NCBI GenBank assembly: GCA_038065455.1
Contig: JBBTQX010000004.1
Coordinates: 5,157 to 69,156, forward strand
From: Patescibacteria group bacterium
Lineage (GTDB): Bacteria; Patescibacteriota; Minisyncoccia; UBA6257; GWB1-50-10
Length of the DNA stretch: 64,000 nt
Direction of reading: 5' to 3'
In this document: positions 46,317 through 55,875 of the stretch, piece after piece
Layout: every line of letters starts with the position of its first letter
Numbering within the stretch: position 1 is the first letter of the stretch
Position numbers and translations under genes: made by a program
Notes under the pieces: model-generated
Databases searched by the model: none
Told to the model about the DNA's origin: nothing
What the model saw: the letters and a program-made list of their open reading frames with translations, nothing else

Positions 46317-47210
46317 CTATTTGCGGCGGCGGGCGTGGAAGGTCTGATGGATTTCCTTGAGCTCCTTATTGGTCAGGTGGGTATAGACCTGGGTGGTCGA
46401 AATATTGGCGTGGCCCAGAAGCGACTGGACCGAACGCAGGTCGGCGCCGTTTATAAGAAGGTCGGTGGCAAACGAGTGTCGGATTTGATGGGGGTGGACT
46501 TTTTTCGGGATGCCGGCTTTTTTGGCGTAGAAAGAAGTTAATCTCTGAACGGAACGGGGATTTATCCGGCCGATTACCTTGTTCTTTTTGGTCAGGCTCG
46601 CGAAAAGGTATTCCTCGGTATCGCTTCTTTTTTCCAAATAGTTTTTAATGGATTTTTTGGCCCCCTCCGACAGAAAAACCACCCGGAGCTTGTCGCCTTT
46701 TCCGCGCACGGATATTTCGCCCCGCTCCAAATCCAGATAGCGGGGGAGGGCGCAAAGTTCGGAGAGCCGGAGACCGGTCGAGAAAAATGTTTCCAAAATT
46801 GCCCGGTCCCGAAGCGAGCGCAAATCCTTCCCGTCGGGAGCCGAAACCAGGCGCTCCAATTCTTTATAGTCCAGGGTTTCAATGTCGCGTCGGGAAACCC
46901 TCGGCAACTCTATTTTTTCCGGAGCGAGCACTTTTATATCGCGCTTCAGGAGATATTTCAAAAGATTGCGAATGGCGATTACGTAATAACTCTGGGTATT
47001 TTTTTTCAAATCTTTGCGGGAAAGATTTACCCGGAAGTCGCGCACCGCATCCTCCGTAATATCCTTAATGGAACGGATTTTCTGGTTTTCCAGAAAAAAT
47101 TTCAGGTAGCGCCCATAGTTCTCGCGCGTCTTCCGCGAGCGGTTTCTTTCCACCTCCAGATAGTCCAGATAATCCTTGAGATATTTTTCCGCTTCGGTCA
47201 TTTGTTTCAT
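46317..47210 (-). CDS. tyrosine recombinase (XerC/XerD-like phage-integrase family)
   Basis: The C-terminal catalytic motifs are present (HQIRHSFATDLL, LLGHANISTTQVYTHL). The N-terminus has a SAM-like domain. It is 297 aa. Confidence 0.8.
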   Translation of the reverse strand: MKQMTEAEKYLKDYLDYLEVERNRSRKTRENYGRYLKFFLENQKIRSIKDITEDAVRDFRVNLSRKDLKKNTQSYYVIAIRNLLKYLLKRDIKVLAPEKIELPRVSRRDIETLDYKELERLVSAPDGKDLRSLRDRAILETFFSTGLRLSELCALPRYLDLERGEISVRGKGDKLRVVFLSEGAKKSIKNYLEKRSDTEEYLFASLTKKNKVIGRINPRSVQRLTSFYAKKAGIPKKVHPHQIRHSFATDLLINGADLRSVQSLLGHANISTTQVYTHLTNKELKEIHQTFHARRRK

Positions 47211-47225
47211 CTTACCACTTCTGTC

Positions 47226-47437
47226 GCAAAAGGTTTGGGGGTATCCCTAGTTCCCTCAAAAAACACGCTATCAAATTCCCCAGTGCCGATAACCTCCGGT
47301 TATCGAGCATCCACGATTGCTTTCGCAATCGGGACGTGGAATTTGCGCTCGCTCTCGGCCTCGCTCTTCCGCTTCGCGGAAACCATGCCCACTCGGCCTG
47401 CGAGACGGTTTTCTTGAGGAAATTAGGGATACCCCAT
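47226..47437. ncRNA. candidate structured RNA: long closing stem enclosing a three-way junction (possible S15-binding leader or 6S-like RNA). The strand is unknown.
   Basis: GGGGTATCCCTAGTTCCCTCAA at 47226-47247 pairs with TTGAGGAAATTAGGGATACCCC at 47416-47437. Inside are the nested helix CAAATTCC/GGAATTTG and the hairpins CGATAACC-tcc-GGTTATCG and CGATTGC-ttt-GCAATCG. The region is GC-rich. It lies directly upstream of rpsO. Confidence 0.3.
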
Positions 47438-47543
47438 TAATAAAATAAAAAGGTGAGGTTTTTCTTCCCAAAGAAATATCTCGAAGCTAGGTTACGACTT
47501 TACGAGTGGTAATGAAGGGGATGCGGGAGAGGCGATAAAAACT

Positions 47544-47571
47544 TTACAAATTCAAAAACCTGAGATAGAAT
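47544..47571 (+). promoter_or_regulatory. candidate promoter TTTACA-16-TAGAAT directly upstream of the rpsO ATG
   Basis: The -35 is at 47544-47549 and the -10 at 47566-47571. The ATG is at 47581 and no Shine-Dalgarno is present, so the mRNA would be nearly leaderless. Confidence 0.35.
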
Positions 47572-47580
47572 GGAAAAACC

Positions 47581-47847
47581 ATGTTAACCAAGAGACAAAA
47601 GCAGAATGTCATCAAAGAGAGTGCCAAGCACGATACCGATACCGGCTCCGAGGAGGTCCAAATTGGCCTTCTTTCTAAGCGAATTAAGCTTCTGGCCGAT
47701 CACCTCAAAAAGAACGCCAAAGATAATCACTCTAGGCGGGGTCTTTTGATAATGGTGGGCAAACGGCGCCGCTTTCTCCAAGCCCTCAAAGTGGATGACG
47801 AGAAGCGCTATACGCAAGTTATGAAGAAGCTCGCAATCGAGGCGTAA
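47581..47847 (+). CDS. rpsO: 30S ribosomal protein S15
   Basis: LTKRQKQNVIKE..DTGSEEVQIGLLSKRIKLLADHLKKNAKDNHSRRGLL is an S15 sequence. Confidence 0.9.
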   Translation: MLTKRQKQNVIKESAKHDTDTGSEEVQIGLLSKRIKLLADHLKKNAKDNHSRRGLLIMVGKRRRFLQALKVDDEKRYTQVMKKLAIEA

Positions 47848-47851
47848 ACAG

Positions 47852-48370
47852 ATGGTTAATAACAATCCAAACCAGAGAGTGGGCGTCTTCATAGATGTCC
47901 AGAATATTTACCATTCGGCAAAAAATCTCTACCGTTCCCGCGTCAATTTCAAAGAATTGATGAAGGCGGTCGTAGGCCGGCGCCAGCTGGTCCGCTCGAT
48001 GGCTTATGTCATCAAAACGGAAAATACCGAAGGAGAGAGTTCTTTTTTCGAGGCCCTGCGCCAAGCCGGAATGGAATTAAGAGTGAAAGACCTTCAGATA
48101 TATCCGGATGGAACGAAAAAAGGCGACTGGGATGTGGGTCTGGCGGTGGACGCCATGCGGATGGCTTCGACCCTGGATGTCATCGTGCTCGTGACGGGCG
48201 ACGGCGATTTCGTGCCCCTCGTGGAATATCTGAAGCTCGGAATGGGCAAAGCAGTGGAAGTCGCGGCTTTCAGCCGGACGGCTTCAGGAAAACTCAAAGA
48301 AACTACCGACACCTTCGTCGAGGTGGAACACATTCCCCGGGCGCTCTTGAGAATAAAGAGCCGGGAATAA
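47852..48370 (+). CDS. NYN-domain (LabA-like) protein
   Basis: VGVFIDVQNIY..VIVLVTGDGDFVPLV matches the NYN / PIN-like fold signature. Confidence 0.65.
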   Translation: MVNNNPNQRVGVFIDVQNIYHSAKNLYRSRVNFKELMKAVVGRRQLVRSMAYVIKTENTEGESSFFEALRQAGMELRVKDLQIYPDGTKKGDWDVGLAVDAMRMASTLDVIVLVTGDGDFVPLVEYLKLGMGKAVEVAAFSRTASGKLKETTDTFVEVEHIPRALLRIKSRE

Positions 48371-48391
48371 ATTTTTAATAAAACAACTAAT

Positions 48392-50443
48392 ATGGACTTA
48401 GCGAGAAAAATATACAAAACAAGTATGAAAGGCGAGGAGGTTTCGTTTGAAGTTTCGAAAATAGCCGGCCAGGCGAATGCGGCCGTCATAGGCCGGCATG
48501 GCGATACGGCCGTTTTGGCAGCCGTTGTAATGAGTGAGCAGGACAAGAGCGGGGATTTCTTTCCGCTCACAGTTGATTATGAAGAAAGATTTTATGCCGC
48601 CGGAAAAATCCTCGGTAGCCGTTTCGTGCGTCGCGAAGGCAAAGCCACAGATGATGCCGTACTCTCCGCCCGCGTCATCGACCGTACCATCCGCCCGCTC
48701 TTCGACCCCCGCCTCCGCCGCGAAGTCCAGGTAGTTATCACTATTCTTTCTTACGAAGAAAAAAATGATCCGGATTTTATCGCGCTTCTATCGGCTTCGG
48801 CCGCGCTCGCCATCTCCGACATTCCCTGGAACGGCCCAGTGGCCGGAATGAAGATTATTTCTCCGGAAAATGGAGATATTGCGAGTTATCAGGCTTATTT
48901 CGCCGGAACGGATAAGAAAATTAATATGATAGAGTTCGAGGGGAAAGAGATTTCCGAGAGCGTGGCGGAAAAAGTTTTCGCCGAATGTTTCGAAGAAATC
49001 AAAAAATTGGTGGCTTTTCAGAGAGATATCGCGAAGGAAATAGGAAAACCCAAGGCCCAAGTGGCTCTGGCAACCGCCGATCCGAAAACCCAATCCGTCG
49101 TGAATGAATTTTTGAAAGAAGATTTGGAGGAAGCTCTTGCGGCTAAGCACACCGAAGGGTTACGGAAAAAAATATTGGAACATCTCGAAAAAGCCGGCGA
49201 GAATGAGAGCGTGCTCAATTCCGCCGAGGTCTTCTTCGAGGAAGAGGTGGACAAATATGTCCATACTTTGGCAATAGAAAAAGATAAGCGGGTTGACGGA
49301 AGAAAAATGGATGAGGTTCGCGATCTTCATGCCGAAGCCGGTCTTTTTAAAAGAGTTCATGGCTCGGCGCTCTTCTGCCGAGGTGAAACTCAGGTTTTGG
49401 CGATGACAACTCTTGCGACGCCCGAAGGCAAACAACTTGTTGAGAGCATGGAGGGCACAATCAAGAAGCGTTTTATGCTGAACTATAATTTCCCGGGTTT
49501 TGCAACCGGAGAAACAGGACGCTCCAATCGGGGACCCGGCCGCCGAGAAATCGGCCACGGCGCATTGGCTGCGAAAGCCGTCGTTGCGATGCTGCCCTCC
49601 GAAGAAGAATTTCCTTATGCAATCCGCGTCGTTGCCGAAACTCTTTCCTCGAACGGCTCCTCCTCTATGGCTTCAACCTGCGCAACCTCGCTCTCGCTTA
49701 TGGATGCCGGCATACCGCTCAAAAAACAAGTGGCTGGAATTTCCATCGGATTGATGAGTGATGAAAGCGGCCGCTACAAACTCCTAACCGACATTCAAGG
49801 ACCGGAAGACCATTACGGAGATATGGATTTCAAGGTGGCCGGCACGCGCGACGGAATAAATGCCATTCAGATGGATGTGAAAGTAGACGGTATTACGCTT
49901 CAAATTTTCAAAGAAGCTTTAATGGCCGCGAAGACCGCACGCTTCCAAATACTGGATGTTATGGATAAAACGCTTTCCGCACCCCGCGCAGATCTTTCGC
50001 CTTTTGCGCCCCGTATCACAACCATCCAAATCCCCATTGAAAATATCGGGCAAATTATCGGTCCGGGCGGAAAAACAATTAACGGCATTCTGGCTCAGAC
50101 CCAAAATAAGGTAACGATAGATATCGAAGAAGACGGAAGAATATTTATCGCCGGCACCGATTCGGCTCTCGTCGCTCAAGCGGTTTCGATAATCAAAGGA
50201 ATTGCGAAGGATGTGAATATCGGAGAAATGGTTGAAGGAACGATAATTAAAATATTGGATTTTGGAGCAATTGTGGATCTCGGCGGCGGCAAAGATGGAA
50301 TGATCCATGTTTCCGAACTCAAAGAAGGTTTTGTTAAAAAAGTGGAAGATGTCGTCAAGGTGGGCGATTTTGTAAGAGCGAAAGTAATCCGATCGGAGGA
50401 CGGAAAAATCGGACTTTCTCTGAAGCAGGTGGCGGCGAAGTAA
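48392..50443 (+). CDS. pnp: polyribonucleotide nucleotidyltransferase (PNPase)
   Basis: There are two RNase PH domains, a KH domain and an S1 domain. Recognisable segments are GRHGDTAVL, GETQVL, RFMLNYNFPGF and GDMDFKVAGT. Confidence 0.95.
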   Translation: MDLARKIYKTSMKGEEVSFEVSKIAGQANAAVIGRHGDTAVLAAVVMSEQDKSGDFFPLTVDYEERFYAAGKILGSRFVRREGKATDDAVLSARVIDRTIRPLFDPRLRREVQVVITILSYEEKNDPDFIALLSASAALAISDIPWNGPVAGMKIISPENGDIASYQAYFAGTDKKINMIEFEGKEISESVAEKVFAECFEEIKKLVAFQRDIAKEIGKPKAQVALATADPKTQSVVNEFLKEDLEEALAAKHTEGLRKKILEHLEKAGENESVLNSAEVFFEEEVDKYVHTLAIEKDKRVDGRKMDEVRDLHAEAGLFKRVHGSALFCRGETQVLAMTTLATPEGKQLVESMEGTIKKRFMLNYNFPGFATGETGRSNRGPGRREIGHGALAAKAVVAMLPSEEEFPYAIRVVAETLSSNGSSSMASTCATSLSLMDAGIPLKKQVAGISIGLMSDESGRYKLLTDIQGPEDHYGDMDFKVAGTRDGINAIQMDVKVDGITLQIFKEALMAAKTARFQILDVMDKTLSAPRADLSPFAPRITTIQIPIENIGQIIGPGGKTINGILAQTQNKVTIDIEEDGRIFIAGTDSALVAQAVSIIKGIAKDVNIGEMVEGTIIKILDFGAIVDLGGGKDGMIHVSELKEGFVKKVEDVVKVGDFVRAKVIRSEDGKIGLSLKQVAAK

Positions 50444-50508
50444 TTTACCGGGCCCGGTCTATCTTATCCACAACACAGAAAATTCTCAGGTGGTATAATA
50501 TAAGGACA

Positions 50509-51585
50509 ATGGCAAATGAAAACTTAATGGGTGCAGGCGAGGGCGAGTCTCCGTTGATGAAGCCGGCCGCTCCGAACGTCGACGTGCGGACGATGAGTTC
50601 CGACATGCAGTCGATTAATACCGGCAGTCCCACTCCGAAACCTTATGTTCCGCAAACAGCGCCCGAAAATATGGCTGTAGTTCCTCCGGTTCCGAATACT
50701 TCCGTTCCAGATCAATCATTCCAGATACCTCAGGCGGACACAACCTTCGGTTCGCCGATGCCAGAAATACCAGTCAAAAAAAGTGGTAAGGGGGTCTTCA
50801 CGGCTATCATAGTTTTCATTGCGGTCGTCGGCCTCGCGGCTCTCGGCTACTTCGTCATTTATCCGATTTTCTTCGCCAATCCGAATTCATTTCCGATTGC
50901 AATTCCGATTAATATGAATCCCAATCCGGCGCCGGCGCTTCCCGCAACCGAGCCGACCCCGATATCCGAACCGGCTCCGATTACCGAAGTCGTTTCTTCT
51001 ACCGCGCCCGTAGCGCCCGCTACGCCGGCACCAACCCACGTTTCGATTCTTACGATTCCGGCCGATAGTAAACTTGAATTAAGCACGGTACTGAAATACG
51101 GACCGGTGCTTTCCAATCTAGCCTTGAATACGACCGCCTCGCCCAGCCTTACTGAAATAATTTACAAGGACTCAAATGGAAATTTATTAGAAACCGCTGA
51201 TATTCTCAAAAACGTTTTGAAATTGGAAGCCTTAGCTTTCAATTACCAATTCAATGAGGGGGGAGCGGCTGGAATGGTTTATAATGACAGTAAAAATGTC
51301 CGCTCACTCGGTTTTGTTTTCCAATTGGCTGATAATACCGATTTGGAAACAAAAATAAGCGGTCTTCAATCTTTCATCGAAAAATTGGGTTTTAGCGGAA
51401 TTTTTTCGGGCAACCCGGGAGCGGAAAAAGCCTGGAAATCCAGCCAGGTTTCCGGCGCATCGAATCATCGCTATCTCACTTTCGAAAATCCTGGTTTTAC
51501 CATCGATTACGGCTGGGTCGGAAATAAACTGGTAATCGCTACCTCATTTGACGGCTTCAAAGAGATAATCAAGAGGCTTCAATAA
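50509..51585 (+). CDS. hypothetical Pro/Ala/Thr-rich membrane-anchored protein (358 aa)
   Basis: A single TM helix (VFTAIIVFIAVVGLAALGYFVIYPIFF) is followed by a Pro-rich linker and a C-terminal globular domain. Confidence 0.45.
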   Translation: MANENLMGAGEGESPLMKPAAPNVDVRTMSSDMQSINTGSPTPKPYVPQTAPENMAVVPPVPNTSVPDQSFQIPQADTTFGSPMPEIPVKKSGKGVFTAIIVFIAVVGLAALGYFVIYPIFFANPNSFPIAIPINMNPNPAPALPATEPTPISEPAPITEVVSSTAPVAPATPAPTHVSILTIPADSKLELSTVLKYGPVLSNLALNTTASPSLTEIIYKDSNGNLLETADILKNVLKLEALAFNYQFNEGGAAGMVYNDSKNVRSLGFVFQLADNTDLETKISGLQSFIEKLGFSGIFSGNPGAEKAWKSSQVSGASNHRYLTFENPGFTIDYGWVGNKLVIATSFDGFKEIIKRLQ

Positions 51586-51590
51586 TAATT

Positions 51591-51923
51591 ATGAACAAGG
51601 AAGATTTGAAAAAAATCGAAGAGAAGCTCCTCTCCGAAAAACTTGAAATTGAAAAAGACTTGGAAAAATTAAAAGAGGGATTGGATTTCGGAAGCGATGT
51701 GGATAATTTCGACGAAGAATCGGATGAAGCGGAAGAAATGGGCAACTATTTAGGCATTAAAAAAACCCAAGACGCCCGATTGAGCCAAATCGACAAAGCC
51801 ATCCAAAAAATAAAAGAGGGGACTTATGGTACTTGCGGAAAATGCGGAAAATTAATAGAAATGGAAATTTTGGAGATAGACCCGGAATCGTTCCTTTGTA
51901 AAAACTGCAAGCGCGGAGCCTAA
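51591..51923 (+). CDS. DksA/TraR-family C4-type zinc-finger protein
   Basis: The C-terminus has the C4 zinc finger GTCGKCGKLIEMEILEIDPESFLCKNC and the N-terminus is coiled-coil. Confidence 0.7.
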   Translation: MNKEDLKKIEEKLLSEKLEIEKDLEKLKEGLDFGSDVDNFDEESDEAEEMGNYLGIKKTQDARLSQIDKAIQKIKEGTYGTCGKCGKLIEMEILEIDPESFLCKNCKRGA

Positions 51924-51932
51924 AAATAAACG

Positions 51933-53471
51933 ATGCCGGCGGTTCCCAAACTTTATTCCGCAGAATTGGATGGTGTAAACGCCGAACTTATCGAAGTGGA
52001 GGCCGACTTGAATGTCGGCCTCCATTCTTTCAACATCGTCGGTCTCGCCGACAAGGCCCTAACGGAAGCGAAGGAGCGGGTTAATTCCGCCCTCAAAAAT
52101 TCCGGCATTAAGCCGCCCTCAAAAGAGAATCGGCGCATCACCATAAATCTCGCGCCGGCCGACGTGAAAAAAGTCGGCTCGAGATTCGACCTGCCTGTCG
52201 CGCTCGCTTATCTTTTGGCAAGCGAGCAATTAAAAAGTTTTGAAACGAAAGATAAGATGTTTATCGGCGAGCTTTCGCTCGACGGCGCCTTGCGTCCGGT
52301 CGCGGGCGCTTTGAACGCGGCGCTTCTCGCCCAAAGAAAAGGTTTCAAAGAAATATTCGTTCCGGCGGGAAACGCGGTCGAGGCCGCGATTCTCGAAAAC
52401 ATCAAGGTTTTTGGCGTGAAAAATCTGGTCGAAATAATCGGGCACCTGGAAGGAACCGCGCCCATCGCTCCGCAAATAAAGACCGAGATGACTCCCGGAT
52501 ATTCGGGGGTTTTCGTGAAACTGAGCGAGGTCAGGGGCCAGGCGGCGGCCAAACGGGCGCTTATAATCGCCGCGGCGGGCGGCCACAATCTGCTCTTCTC
52601 GGGTCCGCCCGGCACAGGAAAAACAATGCTGGCCCAGGCGATGAATTCGATTATTCCACCGCCCTCCCTCGAAGAAACAATCGAAATAACGGAGATTTGG
52701 AGCGCCGCCGGCCTTTTGAATCGGGCGAGTCCGGTTATCGATTTCCGCCCTTTTCGGGCGCCGCATCACAACGCCTCGCTTATATCCATTATCGGGGGCG
52801 GTTCGATTCCTAAACCGGGCGAGATAAGTCTGGCTCACCGGGGCGTGCTCTTCTTGGATGAGATGCCGGAATTCCATCGCGACGCGCTCGAGAGCCTGCG
52901 CCAACCGCTCGAATCCGGCTCGGTAAGCATCGCCCGTTCCAAAAAATCGCTGGTTTTTCCGGCCCGATTCATCCTTGTTGCCGCGATGAATCCCTGCCCC
53001 TGCGGATATTTCAACGACCCGGAAAAAGAATGCCGGTGCACGGCGAACGAGGTATTCCGCTACCACAAAAAGATTTCCGGGCCACTAATGGACCGGATTG
53101 ATATCCAACTTGAAGTGCCAAGGATACCCGTCGAAGAACTGCGACGAGAAGAAAACAGCGAAAACGATGAACCAGTCAGAAAAAAAATTAGGGAGGTGAG
53201 AGATGTTCAGCGGGAAAGATTTAAAAAAAACGGCTTCAAAATATTCACGAATGCCGAAATGTCTTCGCGCCAGACGGAACAAATTGCGAAACTCGAGACT
53301 GGAGCGGAAAATTTCCTCAAGGAAACTTTGGAAAAGAATTTCATTTCCATCCGCGGCTATTACCGCATCCTCAAAGTTTCCCGAACCATCGCCGATCTCG
53401 AAGAAAGTTTGGAAATAAAAACGGACCACTTGGCGGAAGCGTTCCAGTATAGGCTGAAAATTGGGGAATAA
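51933..53471 (+). CDS. comM: YifB/ComM family Mg-chelatase-like AAA+ ATPase
   Basis: The N-terminal domain resembles the Lon protease domain. The Walker A motif is GPPGTGKT. VLFLDEMPEF is present. Confidence 0.85.
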   Translation: MPAVPKLYSAELDGVNAELIEVEADLNVGLHSFNIVGLADKALTEAKERVNSALKNSGIKPPSKENRRITINLAPADVKKVGSRFDLPVALAYLLASEQLKSFETKDKMFIGELSLDGALRPVAGALNAALLAQRKGFKEIFVPAGNAVEAAILENIKVFGVKNLVEIIGHLEGTAPIAPQIKTEMTPGYSGVFVKLSEVRGQAAAKRALIIAAAGGHNLLFSGPPGTGKTMLAQAMNSIIPPPSLEETIEITEIWSAAGLLNRASPVIDFRPFRAPHHNASLISIIGGGSIPKPGEISLAHRGVLFLDEMPEFHRDALESLRQPLESGSVSIARSKKSLVFPARFILVAAMNPCPCGYFNDPEKECRCTANEVFRYHKKISGPLMDRIDIQLEVPRIPVEELRREENSENDEPVRKKIREVRDVQRERFKKNGFKIFTNAEMSSRQTEQIAKLETGAENFLKETLEKNFISIRGYYRILKVSRTIADLEESLEIKTDHLAEAFQYRLKIGE

Positions 53472-54335
53472 TTATTTGCTGACTGCAAAGGGATTTTTCG
53501 CGCCGAAAACCTCGAAATGAAGATGGCATCCCGTCGGGCCGTGCGTGTTGCCGGTATTTCCCATTATGCCAACTTCTTCGCCGCGGCTTACGTATTGCCC
53601 AATCTTCACGAGAACCTTATCCAAGTGAGCGTAGCGGGTTTTCACGCCGTTTGGATGTTCAAGAAGAACAAAGGTTCCGTAGCCGTTGTTCCAGCCGCTC
53701 GCGCCATCTCCCAAAACACTGTCCGAAATCACAAGACCTTCCGCCGCAGCATGCACAGACGTACCGCACTGATTCGCGATATCCACCGCATTAGCATTAT
53801 GGAGCTGGCCCCAATTCCAGCCGATTGCCGGCAAAGCGAAATAATCCTTGAGATCGGGGAGAATACCATCCACGGAAACGGCTTGAATCGCCGACTTGTC
53901 CTCCAGAGGCGAAACCACGATTGTATCGCCTTGTTTTATCGTCTTCACTCCCGGATTAAGCTTCTTGAGAGCGTCCGCCGAAAGGCCGAGGTTCGCGGCA
54001 ATCTTCTGGAAAGTATCACCCTTTCTCACTTTGTATTTTTTGAGGCCGTCGCCCAGGAATATCAGATTGGTAAGAGGATCCGAGGCGCCGGAAACAGCCG
54101 TACCCTCCGCCAAAAAAACGTTGTTTTCGGCCGTGTCGGCCGGAGCGCCCGGATAAACGACATCACCCGAAGCAGAGGAGCGTCCGGCCCCCAATTCCTC
54201 TACCGGACCGCCCGAACTCCAGGCCGCCGGCCTCTCATAGGCTTCGGTGTTGCGCCAAAACCAGAAAACGGACGCGTTCAAAACCAGGAAAGCGGGGATA
54301 AAAAGGAGCGACCAGAAACTGGTCGTTTTGAACAT
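53472..54335 (-). CDS. M23-family peptidase with LysM domain
   Basis: The LysM domain reads YKVRKGDTFQKIAANLGLSADALKKLNPG. The M23 active site reads HLHFEV, and GNTGNTHGPTGCH is present. Confidence 0.85.
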   Translation of the reverse strand: MFKTTSFWSLLFIPAFLVLNASVFWFWRNTEAYERPAAWSSGGPVEELGAGRSSASGDVVYPGAPADTAENNVFLAEGTAVSGASDPLTNLIFLGDGLKKYKVRKGDTFQKIAANLGLSADALKKLNPGVKTIKQGDTIVVSPLEDKSAIQAVSVDGILPDLKDYFALPAIGWNWGQLHNANAVDIANQCGTSVHAAAEGLVISDSVLGDGASGWNNGYGTFVLLEHPNGVKTRYAHLDKVLVKIGQYVSRGEEVGIMGNTGNTHGPTGCHLHFEVFGAKNPFAVSK

Positions 54336-54398
54336 CCCCTTAAAAAGGGGCTTAAATTGAAGTAAAATCGTACTAATAGGGGTATTATACCAAAACGA

Positions 54399-55196
54399 AT
54401 GGAAAAATCAAAGAAAAGCCTCGGTCAGAATTTCCTGTTAAACAAGGAGAAAATAAAAGAGATTGTTGGGGCGCTGGACATAAAATCCGGCGATGTGGTG
54501 GTTGAAATCGGTCCCGGACACGGGGAGCTGACGAAAGAACTGATAACTAATGACAAATTACGAATAATCGCAATTGAGAAAGACGAGGGGTTGGTGGAAA
54601 AACTTGGAGATGAAATGAAGAAACATGGAGATAAAATCGAAATTATAGCCGGCGATGCGTTAAAAATGCTTCCGGACGTAGTTTCGGGTTATGGGTCAAA
54701 AACAAGTTATAAGTTAATTGGAAATATTCCCTATTACATCACCGGCTTCCTTTTGAGAACGATAAGCGAATTGGAGCACAAGCCGAAAATCACCGTTCTC
54801 ACGGTCCAAAAAGAGGTGGCCAAGCGTATCTGCGGAGAAATGAATTTGCTCTCCGCGAGTGTCCGATACTGGGCGGAACCGGAAATCATCGGTATTATTC
54901 CCAAGTCGGATTTTTCTCCCCAACCCAAAGTGGACTCGGCGATTATCAGGTTAAAAACCATAAACAAAAAACGAGAAACGGGGGATGAGGCGAAAAGTGC
55001 CGAGAATTATCATAAATTCATAAAAATTCTCTTCAAACAACCCCGAAAAACCATATTGAACAATTTGCTTGGAATGGGGAAAAACAAGGTGGAAATTGAG
55101 AAAATCCTAAAAGAAAATAGTATAGACCATAACAGCCGGGCCCAAAATCTCAATGTGTCTCAAATAAGAGAACTGGCTCGGATTTTTACCGCTTAA
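54399..55196 (+). CDS. rsmA: 16S rRNA (adenine1518-N6/adenine1519-N6)-dimethyltransferase RsmA/KsgA
   Basis: SLGQNFLLNKE is present. The SAM-binding motif is VVEIGPGHGELT. NIPYYIT is present. Confidence 0.9.
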   Translation: MEKSKKSLGQNFLLNKEKIKEIVGALDIKSGDVVVEIGPGHGELTKELITNDKLRIIAIEKDEGLVEKLGDEMKKHGDKIEIIAGDALKMLPDVVSGYGSKTSYKLIGNIPYYITGFLLRTISELEHKPKITVLTVQKEVAKRICGEMNLLSASVRYWAEPEIIGIIPKSDFSPQPKVDSAIIRLKTINKKRETGDEAKSAENYHKFIKILFKQPRKTILNNLLGMGKNKVEIEKILKENSIDHNSRAQNLNVSQIRELARIFTA

Positions 55197-55257
55197 AAAC
55201 AAGCAAAAACCGTAAAAACAGAAAAATATTAGTAATTCATTATAATTTAGAATATTG

Positions 55258-55288
55258 CAAAGTTATACTGTCATGACATAATAACTTA
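55258..55288. promoter_or_regulatory. imperfect palindrome CAAAGTTATAcTGTCATGACAtaATAACTTaG overlapping promoter-like TATAAT/TAGAAT elements upstream of the second PaaX-like gene
   Basis: It is about 26 bp with an ATGTCATGACAT core. Its perfect twin lies downstream of the gene at 55876-55909. Confidence 0.5.
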
Positions 55289-55293
55289 GTAAA

Positions 55294-55863
55294 ATGCGAA
55301 TTAGGAGAAACTCACAACCCTATCGCCTTCTTAAATACCTTGCTATAGGCACCGGTGTTTTGACACTCTCTCTTATAGCGCCGGTAAGCGGCGCGATGCT
55401 GGTGAAAAATTTTATCCGCTATTATTTCAGGAATAAAAAGTTTCAAAAATATCGATTTCTAAATGATTTGAAAAATCTCCAAAGTAGAGAATTGGTATCG
55501 TATAAAGAGGAGGGGAGAGGAGTGGTGAAAATCACCCTTACTAAGAACGGCCGGGAGAAAATACTGCGGTACCAAATTGATGAAATAAAAATAAAAAAGC
55601 CCGCCCGCTGGGATGGGCAATGGCGGCTGATAATGTTTGATATACCGCATTACAAACGCATTGCCCGCGACGCTTTTCGGACAAAGCTGAAAAATTTGGA
55701 ATTCTATCCTATTCAGAAAAGCGTATTTATCACTCCTTATCCCTGCGAGAATGAGATAGATTTTATAGCGTCTATTTTTGATGTAAGAAAAGAGGTTCTT
55801 ATCCTTTATGTGAGCCGATTTGAAGGGGAGGAGAAATTCAAAAATCACTTCAAAATATACTAA
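55294..55863 (+). CDS. PaaX-like transcriptional regulator family protein (paralog)
   Basis: WDGQWRLIMFDIPHYKRIARDAFRTKLKNLEFYPIQKSVFITP resembles the PaaX C-terminal domain pattern. Confidence 0.5.
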   Translation: MRIRRNSQPYRLLKYLAIGTGVLTLSLIAPVSGAMLVKNFIRYYFRNKKFQKYRFLNDLKNLQSRELVSYKEEGRGVVKITLTKNGREKILRYQIDEIKIKKPARWDGQWRLIMFDIPHYKRIARDAFRTKLKNLEFYPIQKSVFITPYPCENEIDFIASIFDVRKEVLILYVSRFEGEEKFKNHFKIY

Positions 55864-55875
55864 ATATTCGCTATT

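Noticed and set aside
46317-47210. The recombinase taken as definite proof of a prophage or ICE
   Set aside because: Its size and motifs are equally consistent with the chromosomal XerC/D dimer-resolution recombinase. Only a 13-bp imperfect repeat supports an integrated element, so it is reported as a possibility only.
47226-47437. The structured region considered as tmRNA, RNase P RNA or SRP RNA
   Set aside because: It has no tRNA-like 5' GGGG / 3' T-arm ends and no resume-codon region, so it is not tmRNA. It has no GGAAAGUCC or P4-type motifs, so it is not RNase P RNA. It has no SRP domain IV GGAA/AGCAGG motif. It is kept only as a generic structured-RNA candidate.
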